NCBI GenBank assembly: GCA_002269645.1
Contig: NIVC01000304.1
Span: forward strand, 1 to 64,000
Length of the DNA stretch: 64,000 bases
Direction: 5' to 3'
Origin: Macrostomum lignano
Lineage: Eukaryota
Below the pieces are notes generated by a model that was not told the DNA's origin, made no database searches, and worked only from the letters and a program-made list of their open reading frames with translations. Below are positions 33,625 to 48,661 of this stretch, one piece after another; positions within the stretch are counted from its first letter, which is position 1, and each line of letters starts with the position of its first letter. Position numbers and translations under genes: made by a program.

Positions 33625-33825
33625 CGGTCCAATCCATCTCAGCTAATGAGAGAGCAGTAAGAATAGGTCAAATTTAGACGGACGAAACTCAGCCTAGGGA
33701 GGGGCAGGCCCAATCTAGCTCAGCCAATGAGAGAGCAGTAAGGAGAGAGGTCAAGGTAAGCCTAAGAGACAGGCCCAATCTGTCTCAGCCAATAAGAGAG
33801 CAGTAAGGAGCGGGGTCAGTCAAGC
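33625..33825 (+). promoter_or_regulatory. Three dispersed-tandem copies of a CCAAT-containing module of about 45 bp
   Basis: ccaatc..ctcagc(c/t)aat(g/a)agagagcagtaag.a...ggtca at about 33629, 33711 and 33776. Confidence 0.4.
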
Positions 33826-36551
33826 GGGGAAGAGGGCAGGCAGTCCAACTGGTTATCAGCTTATTGGGGGGAGCTCAGAGCTGCCACCCTTTTTCTCTGC
33901 TCGCTATGCACGCACTGGATTTGGTCTAAAATTTGTTTTTTTATCATTTCGAGTCGAAGGAGTCTGGAGTCAGTTAAAACAGGATAATTTCAAAATATAT
34001 AGAGGTGAAAACGCTAATTTTGCTACTGAGAAGAGTAGATAAACGCATTTTATTGCGAGGGACGTATCTAGTTATTCTAGTAGCTTATCATTGATCTCTC
34101 CACTTATTAACCTTTGATTATAATCAACAACATGTATAATATATGCATTGTATTCCAAATGTATACCAATTTACCTGGCCTTTTATGGCATTATGAAAAA
34201 TTATTTCCTTAATAAGTGCTGCTCGGAGTTAAAGTTGTTTAAATTTATTTATAATTTCGAGATTATCCGAGCGCGTGTCACAATCAGCTCATAGTTAAAG
34301 GGAACACTTTTTCTCCATATAGACACTGCTATTCTTTTACTGACATTCTATTAGCCATGTTATAATTGCGTATTTATCTAATGCGAAGTCTTATGTATGA
34401 GCACTTTTGTGTAGTGAAAGCGCGATACATTTTTGCACTTTCCGATTAAAAAGTAAAGTACTTGAATTAGTCTGTTCGCGAATATTTTTGCCATTCTCAG
34501 CAGCTGTTTGATTGCTCCGTGTAAGAAATCACTGTTTTCGTTTTGATTCAAATATTATCTGGCTCAGTATTTACCATAACTTTTCTTAACTTTATCATGG
34601 ACACAAAAATCAAGAGATGTACATATGACAAACCAATTTTAAATACTGTCTTAAAAGTAAATGACGAAACTGTTGATTTATTGCGTTCGACGAATCAAGT
34701 TTTGTATTATGTATATAACTTTTTTAACGAAAATATACGAATATTAAAGTATTAAAGTAACGTAGTGGGTAAGACTTATCTTTTTCTGTGCAAGGTTTTT
34801 TCTCTTTTCTTGCAGCTTCGCGGATCACGCGCGCCGTTCCAAAACGTGTTTTAAAAAAGTAACTTTTGTTTTCTTAATTTTTATTTATTGCATTAACTAC
34901 AATTGGTAGCCAAGCCGCACGTGCGGATGTAAGGGAGGGGGGCAGTCATCCCCCTCTCGTGGCTGGCGATGATGGCGTCTATTTTCCACTGGACTAGCAT
35001 CTCAATATTCTGAACTATAATACTTCGAATATACGGATTAATTAAATCCGAAACAGTAAAAAAGACGGGAGTGTCAAAATCAAGCGTAGAAATTGCCTGG
35101 CTATTGTGGCTAACTTCATACTATACTTACCGCCCTCAGTTTGCTCAGTAGGACGCCCCCACTTATGGTTAAAATCCGTCCCCCCTCATTTTATATTTCT
35201 AAATCCACCTCTGAACAAAGACGCATGCATGTAAAAGTTTTGACAGTTACAGTTTGGTGCGCTTATAAAAAACACCTTGACGTAAGTGAGTCTTCCTGCA
35301 ACCGATTTCGATCATATTTTAAACACAGCTATAGGATATGTTATTATACGTAAGCACGTAATGAATCACTGCATGCCGATTCAGAGATAAGTGTACAGTC
35401 GATATTTCTATTGGCTAGAGCTTTCATCATCGTCCACTGAGCACCGTACAATCTGCTTACGTGTGGCAGTTTCGGGTAGTCAAAAGAACTATTTCAAGAA
35501 TTCATGGAAGCAGCAAGTACCACTACTGTAATACATGTACGTAGGTGTACAATGGTCTTTGGGCAGCAGCTGTACTCGTCGAATAAAAAGTTTAACGGTT
35601 TTGTCTTGTTTAGCTACAGAAAGCACTGTTACTATATCAAAAATTCTGTCGATAGATTATATAGCTCGTAAAGCTTCGGGTTCATTTATACATGGACCTA
35701 TAGGCTTCATTTAATACTAATGGACAAAACAAAAGCATGTAAATTTCACCGGTACGATTAACGCTTTAATTATAAACAATAATTATGTATGGCCACCAAG
35801 CCCACCATGTACCTGTACCAGCACATGTGTGCGGACGTGTTTCCGAGAGGAGAGGCCGGGACCAAGGACGACTTAAGTAGAAGGACGGGAAACCTCGTTT
35901 CTTAGAAAATTTTAAAAGGCAGGTTTTCCCGAAAAAATACGCTATGGAGATAGGAAGTTTTCATTTTTTCAGTACAAAAATAGTTTTTGCTTTTGATAGG
36001 AGGCAGATCCAGTGTTCATCTTTTGATATGTTGTGCCTTTCTTATTGCTCTATCGATATTCGTAAAGCTTTTCGTTCAGAAAAATAGGATTCTAATGTTA
36101 ATTTTTTATTCTACGTACATTTGCGGATGTCTTGTGCCTAAAAGCCATTAAAATAGCACAGCTCGGCTCTTTGGTTTTATGAGTCTATTTTATCATTCTT
36201 AGCTGACTGCAGTGTAACAAATATGCGTAGCACAAATGATAAAATGGATTAAAAAAAATCAAATATTTAGAGCTGTGCAATGCATTTTTATTATTTTTAG
36301 GTACAGGAAATGTACGTAGAATAAAAAACTAACATAGAATCCTACTTCTTTGAACAAAAAGCTTTACGAATATCGATAGAGCAATAAGAAAGGCACAACA
36401 CATCAAAAGATGAACACTGGATCTGCCTCCTATCAAAAGCAATAACAGTTTTTGTGCTGAAAAATGAAAACTTCCTATCTCCGTAGTGTATTTTTTCGGG
36501 AAAACCTGCTTTTTAAAATTTTCTAAGAAACGAGGTTTCCCGTCCTACTAA

Positions 36552-37809
36552 GGGCCTTTTCATATTGTGGCAGTGGGGTTGCCACCATTTAATAATTTTA
36601 TTTTAATAATTTTTTCCATTTTGAATGCGCGCCCGTATTCTTTTTCTTCGTGAATACCAACCCGTGAGTCCAACCATTGTTATATGACATCACCCCCTCC
36701 TCCTGTTGGCCCCGTGTGTGGACCCACCGTTGCTAATCAGTTTCCCATCGTTGGCTAACAGCCTTTTCATTAGTTGGAATTAAGCGGTTAATTATATATT
36801 TTCTGTGTGATTACTCCTTTAACCATTGTATGGCCCCCTTGTTGGCTAATCTTTCCCCCATGCTTTGGACGTTGCCCTACTTTTGCTTATATATACTACT
36901 CATGCTCAGTTGCCAATTTTTTTCCCTTTTCTTCTTGCGCGATCGCTCCCTCACTATCTTGTCTGTTTATCTCTACGGTTCATTAATTTATTAGTTTATT
37001 AGCGCACCGGCGCCCGTGTATTCATCATCGTCATTATAATACTCATTAATCCATAAACAACCTGCTTTAAAATTATAATAACCAAATTACTTCAATAAAT
37101 AACAACAAATTAACGCTTAATATTTATTCCGTTGACTTAAGCCATAGCCTATCTTGAATCCTTTGCCCGTGGGGCGTAAAATAACCGAAATCTCATCTCA
37201 AAGAAAGCTCTGAGATCACTAAACGTTCCGTAATACGTAAATTACGGTGGTGGCAGCAACTACCCTACTGACAGTAATCAGCTCTGCAAATCGACACATT
37301 ACTTTACGGTGTCAAATCTACCCCAGTGTTTTCTACAACTGAACGACCGTGCCGCTCTACGACCGCTCCGCTACGATTACAACTACCCCCCCCTCCGGAC
37401 TTGAGAACCCGGCAGTCGGAGTAAAGGAGAAGAATTTCGTTGTGATTCGTCTGCGCGATTTTCCGGTTTTATTCGTGCGAACGCAACGCTACCGGTTTCG
37501 AAGAATTACCGGCCGACCTCCAAGTTTCAACTTTGTTAAAACTTCTCCACCCCCACCTCAATATTACCAATTCCAGAACCAGAATCGGTTCGGAATTCCA
37601 AGAAAAACAGCAGTATAACTATTAAACTCTGTTAATATTTGACTGCCTAACAACCTAACTTAGCACAATTTTTCACTTTCTTCTTGGCGATTGTCGTTCA
37701 ATAATAAAAACTTTATAGCACGTATCTCCCTCTAGTTATGGAGACAAAAAGTTATACTTCACAAATTGGTTCTGGTTCTGGAACCAGAGCAAGCAATATG
37801 AAAAGGCCC
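36552..37809. mobile_element. PIF/Harbinger-type MITE enlarged by a 995-bp insert
   Basis: TIR GGGCCTTTTCATATTG / CAATATGAAAAGGCCC, TAA TSD at 36549-36551 and 37810-37812. Confidence 0.85.
36566..37560. mobile_element. Probable solo LTR (TG...CA, 4-bp TSD)
   Basis: Starts TGTGG, ends CCTCA, flanked by ATAT at 36562-36565 and 37561-37564; the copy at 26682 shows the uninterrupted catattacc; no long ORF inside. Confidence 0.6.
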
Positions 37810-38098
37810 TAAGTCGTCCTTGGCCGGGACACGTACCATGCAGCTGAAAGCAAGCTTTAAGAAGCATGGTCTCGATCATTCTCGATGACTGAAGGTTTGT
37901 GATGAAATTAAAAGGCTCCATTCAATTTGTAGAAATTTAATCGACCGTAAAAATACACGAAATAGCTCACGAGTACGTGGCGCTTTTGACTGGTTAAATT
38001 TGACCCAACCGCAATTGGAGCCGGGCCAGCTTAGCTGTTTTAGTTTTTTTTCTGATCTTTTTTTCAAATAATTAGTTAAATTTAATTGCACATTCAAA

Positions 38099-38361
38099 GG
38101 GCTTTTCATATCAAGTTGCTTGTTTAGGAGACTGAAAGTTATAACTTACAAATTGGATCTAGTTCTAGAACCAGAACTAGAAGAATATACGTGCTATAAA
38201 GTTGTAATTATTAAATGGCAATAGCCAAGAGGAGAGTTAAAAACTGTGCAAAGTGAGGCTGTTTACGCAGTCAGACATTCAACAAAGTTTATTAGTTATA
38301 CTGCTTTTTTTCTTGGAAAATCCGAGTCGATTCCGTTTGGAATCCGGTAATATGAAAAGTC
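38099..38361. mobile_element. Short Harbinger-type MITE, inverted relative to the core at 37561-37809
   Basis: gggcttttcatat ... aatatgaaaagtc termini; interior is the reverse complement of 37565-37790. Confidence 0.75.
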
Positions 38362-39394
38362 AAAAATATATTACGGAATCTGGATTTGAAACCGGTCTGG
38401 CAGTCTACGACCTACGAGCTACTCGGTCCGTCCGTCAGGTTCAAAACTTCAAACGTTGGCTGGCGAGCTACCATGGTTCAGTGAGCCAATCCATCTTTCA
38501 GTCGCCCATTCTGAAACTTGACACAGTTTACCAACTTTACTTTTTTCTATTGTTGTTAACCTCTTACTTGCATTGCACTGTTGCAGTACAACTTTACTAT
38601 AGATTTATCATTATTTTTTCTTAGCCTTAGCTCTAACCCTAAGCGGGACTGTAGTTGTAATTGTAGGTCTAGGGCCTAATTGTAGAAACATGAAGAGGTA
38701 GGGGCTCTGGGATCTGGGATTGTCCTCTGTAGAACTCTGCAAATTGGCTTCATTGGCCCGCTTGGGGCTTTTATTTATACTAGTTGAGTGGTCTATTTAA
38801 GACAAATTTTTTTGCAAAATAACATTTTATATTGCAACATTTAAACAATGTTTTTAGCTATAAATTTAAACATGGCAGTTTCAAGAAAAAAGCAAACTAA
38901 TTGTAAAAATAGAAATATAGAAGGCTATGTTATAAGGAGTTATTATCATGCACTATATCATTATATCAAAAGTGTCATAGTTGCTCCTTTCATTTACCTT
39001 TATTTTCTGCTTACTAATCAAAACACATTTGGATATTTGGATTTGGATTGGGAACTTTTGGTATCTTTAGATTTGCTTTTACTTTTAGAAACTTGCAAAA
39101 ATCTATATTCACTCTATCACTACAGTGGTGCTATATACTATATGAACATATATGCCCAACCTCAAAATTTCACCTGTCCAATGCAACTTAGTTTGTCCAA
39201 ATTTGTGACTTAGTTTCTCCCAATTGCAACTTAGTTCCTTTCCAGGTTGCGGATGGTATGCATGTATGCCGGAACTTTTCTGGCATACAAAATAGCCACC
39301 CTTGAAGTCCTTGGTGTACACAATCGGCATTCACAACCCCTGGCAAACTTTGTTGGCATACACTATTGGCATATACAAGTAACACAGCCACACA

Positions 39395-39770
39395 TACTTT
39401 TTTGGCATACAAATTTTGGTGAATAAATTCATGCCATATATGAAAATTGTAATGTAAATTAACATTTTAAGGTAAAGTAATAGAAAATTTGTATCGTCAG
39501 TGATAAAATTTTTGCTTCTTCAAAATTAACAATGAATAAAATTAGTGTAAATTTTTGCTTAGATTATCAATTTTGGGCCATATTTTTGTGGGTATAATTT
39601 GAATTTGTTTAAATTGAAAATATTCATAATATTTTATAAACACTTATCATACAAAAGCCTTTCTTAGAAGACTCTACTTGTGAAAACTGTATTACCTTTT
39701 TTAGAAATTTTTGGTGTACATTTTAGTGCAACATTTTGTTTTTGGCATATATTGGCATACAAAGTTCTTG
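39395..39770 (+). repeat. Old AT-rich dispersed repeat, copy 2 (homologous to 19310-19720)
   Basis: Same collinear blocks as copy 1. Confidence 0.8.
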
Positions 39771-41350
39771 ATGCCCAAATTTGGTCCAGCATACACGGAT
39801 ACATGATCTGCACACTGGGTTCCTCTTGATTGCAACTTAATTTTCACTTTGTATATGACTTTTCTTGCCTTTTTTTCTCTTTCTCTCTTTTCTTTCCTCT
39901 CTCTCTCTCTTCTCCTTCCTTTTTTCCTTTCTTTTCCTCTCTTCTTTCTTTTCCCAATTTTTCATATTTCATATTTTTGATTTTGTGACTTATCTTGGCC
40001 AATGGCCATTTCACGTTTTTTACCTGTCTGGTTTGGATAGGTCAGATAGATGTTGGGCATGTATGTATATGAAACTTGCATTTGCAAATCCTTTAACTAT
40101 GTTGATATAAATAAAGAAATCTTGAGGATTTTGTTTTTTAAGAAGTCATTGTAAAATATAAAACCAATATAAACTGAGTCTATTTTTCAATTTTCAACCA
40201 ATCTAAATTTACTAAATCTCTAAGATCTGTCTATTTGTCTGTTTGTAATGCTTTTTGTGTACTAAAAATAATTTTTTAAATTGACAAAATTATCTTTTTT
40301 TAGTTTATTATAGGTCAGTATTGTTGTCCCTAGTTAGGAAACAACTTTTAATATACTAAATCAAGTCTACTACATGATAGAAAGAAATTAAAGGCATTGG
40401 ATATATATACAGTGAAGAATAGCAAAACAATTTCTTTAGTTATCCCATGCATTTGAGACCTAAGGCTAACTTTTTAAGATATTATTGCAAATGTTTTGGC
40501 TATTCTATTTATATCAGATTTATTATTATTAATAGACAAGAGACAAGAGCTAAAAATGACATTAGGCATAAGAATTGGTCAATTGAAATTGTTTATATAA
40601 AAAGATTTATTGCAATAGTGCAACCAAAAATTTTTTAGGGGGGGGGGCAGATTCTGGTAGGTAAAGTCCCAGGAGGGGGACAGAGGTTTGGTTCTGTTTT
40701 TGGTGAAAATTCTCTTGGCCCCCATTTGATTTTTTGAGTCTCCACCTAAGGGGGGTGACTGCCCACCTCGCCCTCCCCCCCCCCCCCCCCCAGTTGCGCC
40801 ACTGATTTCTTAGGCCTAAAAACCTAAAAAAAATTAGGTAAAAATGATCAGTGTCTACTAATACACAATAATTGTCAAAGTATTATATACCCTATATAAT
40901 AAGGGTATATATACTCAAAACTTCAACAAGGCAAAAAGCCTAAAGTATTTCCCTCCCCCCATCTTATTTCTCCTGGGTGCCACTAGTATAAAGATGGCAT
41001 ACTTAGGGTAAGAATAAGAGTAAAATGTGTTGAAGCCATGCACTACAACAGAGATTTTTATTATTAGGCTTTATTCTAAATGATTGGTCATAAAATATAT
41101 TAGTTTTCTATTAAGATATTTGCTTTAAAAATTGAAGTATATCAATTATTTTTTACTTTAAACCCTATATATTTTTTATTGGGGAATTCAGAAATATACT
41201 ACTGCTTTATGTTTCTTTTATTATTTAATTTGAATCAAGCTCAACATTTTACATATTTTCCTGCATTCCATAGTATCAAATTAAATAAGTCAAAAAATCA
41301 CTTTAAAAAATTTTGTGTCGCTAAAACTTGATGATTTTGTCTCCCAATTC

Positions 41351-43012
<1,662 letters not shown>

Positions 43013-43377
43013 CCAATGTTTTCTTGACATTTATAATTTCTACCTTAGCAATCTACTTAATTACATGTGTTTTGTTCGTCGCTATTTAATGCCGAATGTC
43101 GTGCTGCAATGCCGCTTTGCTAAGTTTAAATTATTTTATGTGTACATGTACATAAACAAACGTATTTAATTGTATCTAATTTTTAATATAAAATTTTATT
43201 TGCGCATGGAGTTCGGCGTCTTCATTTTTTCGTTTTTTGATTTAGGCAGAAGCTCCTAAGTAGTGTTTCTTCTGCGCGCTGTAGTATCTCTGGCTGAGTA
43301 TCTATCACCAAGGCCGTTTTTAAACTAGATAAGGACAAGCCAGAGATGTTTAAATATTGAAAGTTTTTTTAGCCATA

Positions 43378-43765
43378 GTTGGCGCCCCCTCCCCCTGTAG
43401 CTGGCGCTCCCTCTGTTGCTGGCGCCCCCTCTGTAGCTGGCGCCCCCCTCTGTAGCTGGCGCCCTCTGTAGCTGGCGCCCCCTCTAGCTGGCGCCCCTCT
43501 GTAGCTGGCGCCCCCTCTAGCTGGCGCCCCTCTGTAGCTGGCGCCCTCTCTGTAGCTAGCACCCCCCTCTGTAGCTGGCGCCCTCTCTGTAGCTAGCACC
43601 CCCCTCTGTAGCTGGCGCCCTCTCTGTAGCTAGCACCCCCCTCTGTAGCTGGCGCCCTCTCTGTAGCTAGCACCCCCCTCTGTAGCTGGCGCCCCCTCTA
43701 GCTGGCGCCCCCCTCTGTAGCTGGCGTCCTCTCTGTAGCTAGCACCCCTCTCTGTAGCTGGCGCC
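43378..43765. repeat. GC-rich tandem repeat of about 18-21 bp, upstream of SPRYD7
   Basis: (ctctgtagctggcgccc / ctctgtagctagcaccccc)n. Confidence 0.9.
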
Positions 43766-43978
43766 TCCTGTGCGCCCCCCTCTAGCCTTAAGTCAGATTA
43801 TTTAGTGAAGATATTTAGGTCTATAGAAAATGAGTCGTCCATTTTCAACAACTCATACTCAAACGTATACTCATTACCCTTCAGTCAGCCTATTCTCATT
43901 GGACTCATCAACGAATCTGCAGTTTCGGCCCTGCGTCAAAGCATTTAATCTGTCGCATTCAAATCAACGAACCAATCA

Positions 43979-46900
43979 ATGGCTTCCTGCGCTCGCTGCT
44001 TTCGGCGTATGTACCGGGACCAGTTTGCCTACCAGCCGGTGACCCTGGCGCCGCCAGTGCAGCTGGATAATGCCACAATGGGCCAGGGTGTTGTCCTAGT
44101 TAAAAATGGCCGCCGTATCTGCGGTACGGGTGCCGCTAGGGCTAATTGCCCGGTGTCGCAGGTGAGCCAGAGAATTCGACTTAAATTAGAGCCCTCTCTA
44201 CTTGTGTTTGTTTGTGCGTTTGTGTATGCAATAACATACAGAGACAGGTGTGTCGCACACACATTACACGATAAACATTGAGCCCTTCAATCCGAGTATT
44301 TTATGTTTCTCATACAGGGTGGGGGGTGGGTCGAAAGTCTATTTTGCAATTTGCGTCCGCAGTTTTTTTGGCTACAAAAGCAAGTAAGAAACGATTTTTT
44401 ACAAGTAGCAAAGACTCACTTGTAGCAAGGCAGAGACTCGGCTCGATTAAAAAAATGATTTCGACATTCTATCCGGTTGGTTTCTAAGATGGTATGGTCG
44501 CCGAGCTAGTAAAGTTTAACAGTGCTGTTATATAATAACGGCATAAATTAGTCTGGAATCCATAGGCGTTAGGAAACGCACAATGAATTGCCAGGAATCC
44601 AGAGTGGTTAGGAAACGCACAATGAATTGCCTGGAATCCAAAGTCGTTGAGCAACGCACAATGAATTGCCTGGAATCCAAAGTCGTTGAGCAACGCACAC
44701 TGAATTGCCTGGAATCCAAAGTCGTTGAGCAACGCACAATGAATTGCCTGGAATCCAAAGTCGTTGAGCAACGCACAATAAATTGCCTGGAATCCAGAGG
44801 CGTTAGGAAGCGCACAATGACTTGCCTAGAATCCAGAGTCGTTAGGAAACGCAAAATGAATTGCCTAGAATCCAGAGCGGTTAGAAAACGCACAATGACT
44901 TGCCTGGAATCCAAAGTCGTTGAGAAACGCACAATGAATTGCCTGGAATTCAGAGGCGTTAGGAAACGCACAATGAATTGCTGGAATCCAGAGTGGTTAG
45001 GAAACGCACAATGAATTGCTGGAATCCAGAGCGGTTAGGAAACGCACAATGACTTGCCTGGAATCCAAAGTCGTTGAGAAACGCACAATGAATTGCTGGA
45101 ATCCAGAGGCGTTAGGAAACGCACAATGAATTGCGCGCCTGGAATCCAGAGGCGTTAGGAAACGCACAATGACTTGCCTAGAATCCAGAGTCGTTAGGAA
45201 ACGCAAAATGAATTGCCTAGAATCCAGAACGGTTAAGAAACGCACAATGACTTGCCTGGAATCCAAAATCGTTGAGAAACGCACAATGAATTGCCTGGAA
45301 TCCAGAGGCGTTAGGAAACGCACAATGAATTGCTGGAATCCAGAGTGGTTAGGAAACGCACAATGAATTGCTGGAATCCAGAGCGGTTAGGAACGCACAA
45401 TGACTTGCCTGGAATCCAAAGTCGTTGAGAAACGCACAATGAATTGCTGGAATCCAGAGGCGTTAGGAAACGCACAATGAATTGCCTGGAATCCAGAGGC
45501 GTTAGGAAACGCACAATGACTTGCCTAGAATCCAGAGTCGTTAGGAAACGCAAAATGAATTGTCTAGAATCCAGAGCGGTTAGGAAACGCACAATGACTT
45601 GCCTGGAATCCAAAGTCGTTGATAAACGCACAATGAATTGCCTGGAATCCAGAGGCGTTAGGAAACGCACAATGAATTGCTGGAATCCAGAGTGGTTAGG
45701 AAACGCACAATGAATTGCTGGAATCCAGAGCGGTTAGGAAACGCACAATGACTTGCCTGGAATCCAAAGTCGTTGAGAAACGCACAATGAATTGCTGGAA
45801 TCCAGAGGCGTTAGGAAACGCACAATGAATTGCCTGGAATCCAGAGGCGTTAGGAAACGCACAATGACTTGCCTAGAATCCAGAGTCGTTAGGAAACGCA
45901 AAATGAATTGTCTAGAATCCAGAGCGGTTAGGAAACGCACAATGACTTGCCTGGAATCCAAAGTCGTTGAGAAACGCACAATGAATTGCCTGGAATCCAG
46001 AGGCGTTAGGAAACGCACAATGAATTGCCTGGAATCCAGAGGCGTTAGGAAACGCACAATGAATTGCTGGAATCCAGAGCGGTTAGGAAACGCACAATGA
46101 CTTGCCTGGAATCCAAAGTCGTTGAGAAACGCACAATGAATTGCTGGAATCCAGAGTGGTTAGGAAACGCACAATGAATTGCTGGAATCCAGAGTGGTTA
46201 GGAAACGCACAATGAATTGCCTGGAATCCAGAGGCGTTAAGAAACGCACAATGAATTGCCTGGAATCCTGAGGCGTTAGGAAACGCACAATGAATTGCTG
46301 GAATCCAGAGTGGTTAGGAAACGCACAATGACTTGCCTGGAATCCAGAGTGGTTAGGAAACGCACAATGACTTGCCTGGAATCCAGAGTCGTTAGGACTT
46401 TAGGCGTTGGGACGCGCAGTGGATTTTCTATTGCTCGGTACAGATAAAAGTATGATAGCTAAGACTGATTGCGTAGCTGATACTGATACGCAATGACCTC
46501 GCTGATGGTAAGGAGTTACACGGAGTCTGAGTGCTTACTAGTCGTACGACACCGTAGTGCCCGCCCACGGTTGATATCGCTTGTCCATTCCTTGCAGCAG
46601 AAAACAACACTCAAAATGTAAAAAATCGAATAGGTAATCTTGGCGGAAAATTGGTCGAAATCTTGAGTGAAATTCCAGAGCAGACCGCGATCCCGGCAGA
46701 CTGCTACTTCACAGTTTGTCTTAGTGTGAATACCCCTACACGAAATCCAACCCCACAGGACAAGGCCTATTGGGAGGTGAAGCTGCAGTCCTGCGGCAGC
46801 TGGGGCATCGGCCTCGGCACTGTTCGCTGCGACCTTGAGTCGCCTAACAATCTCGGCTCCGACGCCGAGTCGTGGGCCCTGCGCGACGATGCAGCTATTT

Positions 46901-47160
46901 ACCATGGCAACCAGCCGGTTGCTAAGCTGCCCGACCCGGTACAGGAGGGCGACGTCATTGGCCTCACATACGATCACGTGACCCTGGAGGTGTTCCTGAA
47001 CGGCAAGCCGATGCACACGCCGGTCACGGGGATCAGGGGCACAGTGTTCCCCACATTCTACGTCGACGATGGCGCAATTCTGGACTGCGCCTTTGCGGCA
47101 TTCGCTTTCGGACCGCCTGTGGGCTTTCGCGAGCTGATCAAGGAGAAGCAACTGCTGTAG
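43979..47160 (+). CDS. SPRYD7: SPRY domain-containing protein 7 (CLLD6) orthologue, 194 aa. Exons 43979-44161 and 46759-47160
   Basis: VQLDNATMGQGVVLVKNGRRICGTG|DKAYWEVKLQSCGSWGIG..QEGDVIGLTYDHVTLEVFLNGK..GIRGTVFPTFYVDDGAILDC matches the SPRYD7 family; GT-AG phase-0 intron. Confidence 0.95.
44570..46395. repeat. 38/39-bp minisatellite, about 47 copies with higher-order structure, SPRYD7 intron
   Basis: Unit aggaaacgcacaatgaattgcctggaatccagaggcgtt with ordered variants. Confidence 0.97.
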
Positions 47161-47204
47161 CTGCCCGAATCTCCTGGCTCCTGCCTTGAATCGTTGCTGA
47201 GCCA

Positions 47205-48065
47205 CTGCCGCCCTCCCAGATCCTTAGGCTGAGCAGCCAGCTTCCAAGATCCTCAAGCTGAGCAGCCAGCCTCCCAGATCCTCAGGCTGAGCAGCCAGCC
47301 TCCCAGATCCTCAGGCTGAGCTACACTCCCAGATCCTCAGGCTGAGCCTCCCAGATCCTCAGGCTAAGCCTCCCAGATCCTCAGCTGAGCAGCCAGCCTC
47401 CCAGATCCTCAGGCTGAGCAGCCAGTCTCCCAGATATTCAGGCTAAGCATCCCAGATCCTCAGGCTGAGCCTCCCAGATCCTCAGCTGAGCATTCAGCCT
47501 CCCAGATCCTCGGGCTGAGCCTCCCAGATCCTCAGTTGAGAAGTCAGCCTCCCAGATCCTCAGCTTGGCAGCTACACTCCCAGATCCTCTGGCTGAACCT
47601 CCCAGATCCTCAGCTGAGCAGCCAGCCTCCCAGATCCTCAGCTGGGCAGCTACACTCCCAGATCCTCGGGCTGAGCCTCGCAGATCCTCAAACTGAGCAG
47701 CCAGCCTCCCAGATCCTCAGCTGGGCAGCTACACTCCCAGATCCTCGGGCTGAGCCTCGCAGATCCTCAGGCTGAGCAGCCAGCCTTCCAGATCCTCAGG
47801 CTGAGCAGCCAGTCTCCCAGATCTTCAGGCTAAGCATCCCAGATCCTCAGGCTGAGCTACACTCCCAGCTACACTCCTCGATCCTCAGGCTGAGCCTCCC
47901 AGATCCTCAGCTGAGCAGCCAGCCTCCCAGATCCTCAGCTGGGCAGCTACACTCTCAGATCCTCGGGCTGAGCCTCCCAGATCCTCAGGCTAAGCCTCCC
48001 AGATCCTCAGCTGAGCAGCCAGCCTCCCAGATCCTCAGCTGGGCAGCTACACTCCCAGATCCTCA
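47205..48065. repeat. Compound tandem array (units about 21-29 bp) just 3' of the SPRYD7 stop
   Basis: (gcctcccagatcctcaggctgagcagcca)n with ctacactcccag variants. Confidence 0.93.
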
Positions 48066-48427
48066 GTTCTGGGCCACTACCTCCCAGAACCGGATTTGCT
48101 TTTGTGAAATCGAAGCAAATACATATTTTCTGTGTTAAATGTACATAGGAGTACAGTATTTTAATAATGGCTTGCTCATCCTTATAATTTGTCGAGCTCC
48201 CGTCTCCTGCACCATGCAAGAAAGGCATAGGTAATAAAATATATCAGTTTATTTATCTTTGCGTCCGTGTCAGTTCCAACGATTGCGTCTTCTGATTCAA
48301 CGAAACCTTCACTGCGCGCGGCTAATAAAATGTTCGCACAATAGTACTTAATAATAATAGTGACGCCAGTAGTACGCATGAATGTTGTCTGGCAGTCGGT
48401 TAAGAGTAAAACTCTTTTTATCTAAAT

Positions 48428-48661
48428 CAGGGGTCGGCGATATTTTTTACCTCAAGGGCCCGGATGAGGGGTGAGAGGAGAGGGAATTGAGACGAGAGGA
48501 AGATAGGAGAAAGGAGAGGCGAGAAAATAATAGAAGAGGATAGGAAAGAGGAGAGGAAGAGATTACTGAGAAGGGATTTAGAAATTGAGCGAGCCGGATT
48601 GCTGTTGTAAAATTTAAAGGACCCGAAGGCCGGATAGAGAGGCTTTGCGAGCCGACCCCTG
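48428..48661. mobile_element. hAT (Charlie-type) MITE
   Basis: TIR CAGGGGTCGGC / GCCGACCCCTG, internal ggcc(c)ggat motifs, 8-bp flanks atctaaat / atctaacg resembling the NTCTAGAN Charlie target. Confidence 0.82.

Larger units (their letters stand above)
35863..37822. mobile_element. Foldback MITE (arms about 270 bp, hAT/P-like) interrupted in its right TIR by a Harbinger-type element
   Basis: CAAGGACGAC...GTCGTCCTTG termini, perfect 8-bp TSD GCCGGGAC at 35855-35862 and 37823-37830; 35876-36125 is the reverse complement of 36305-36550. Confidence 0.9.

Noticed and set aside
44484-46100. Multiple 65-147 aa ORFs on both strands
   Set aside because: Products of a 39-bp repeat lying inside the SPRYD7 intron
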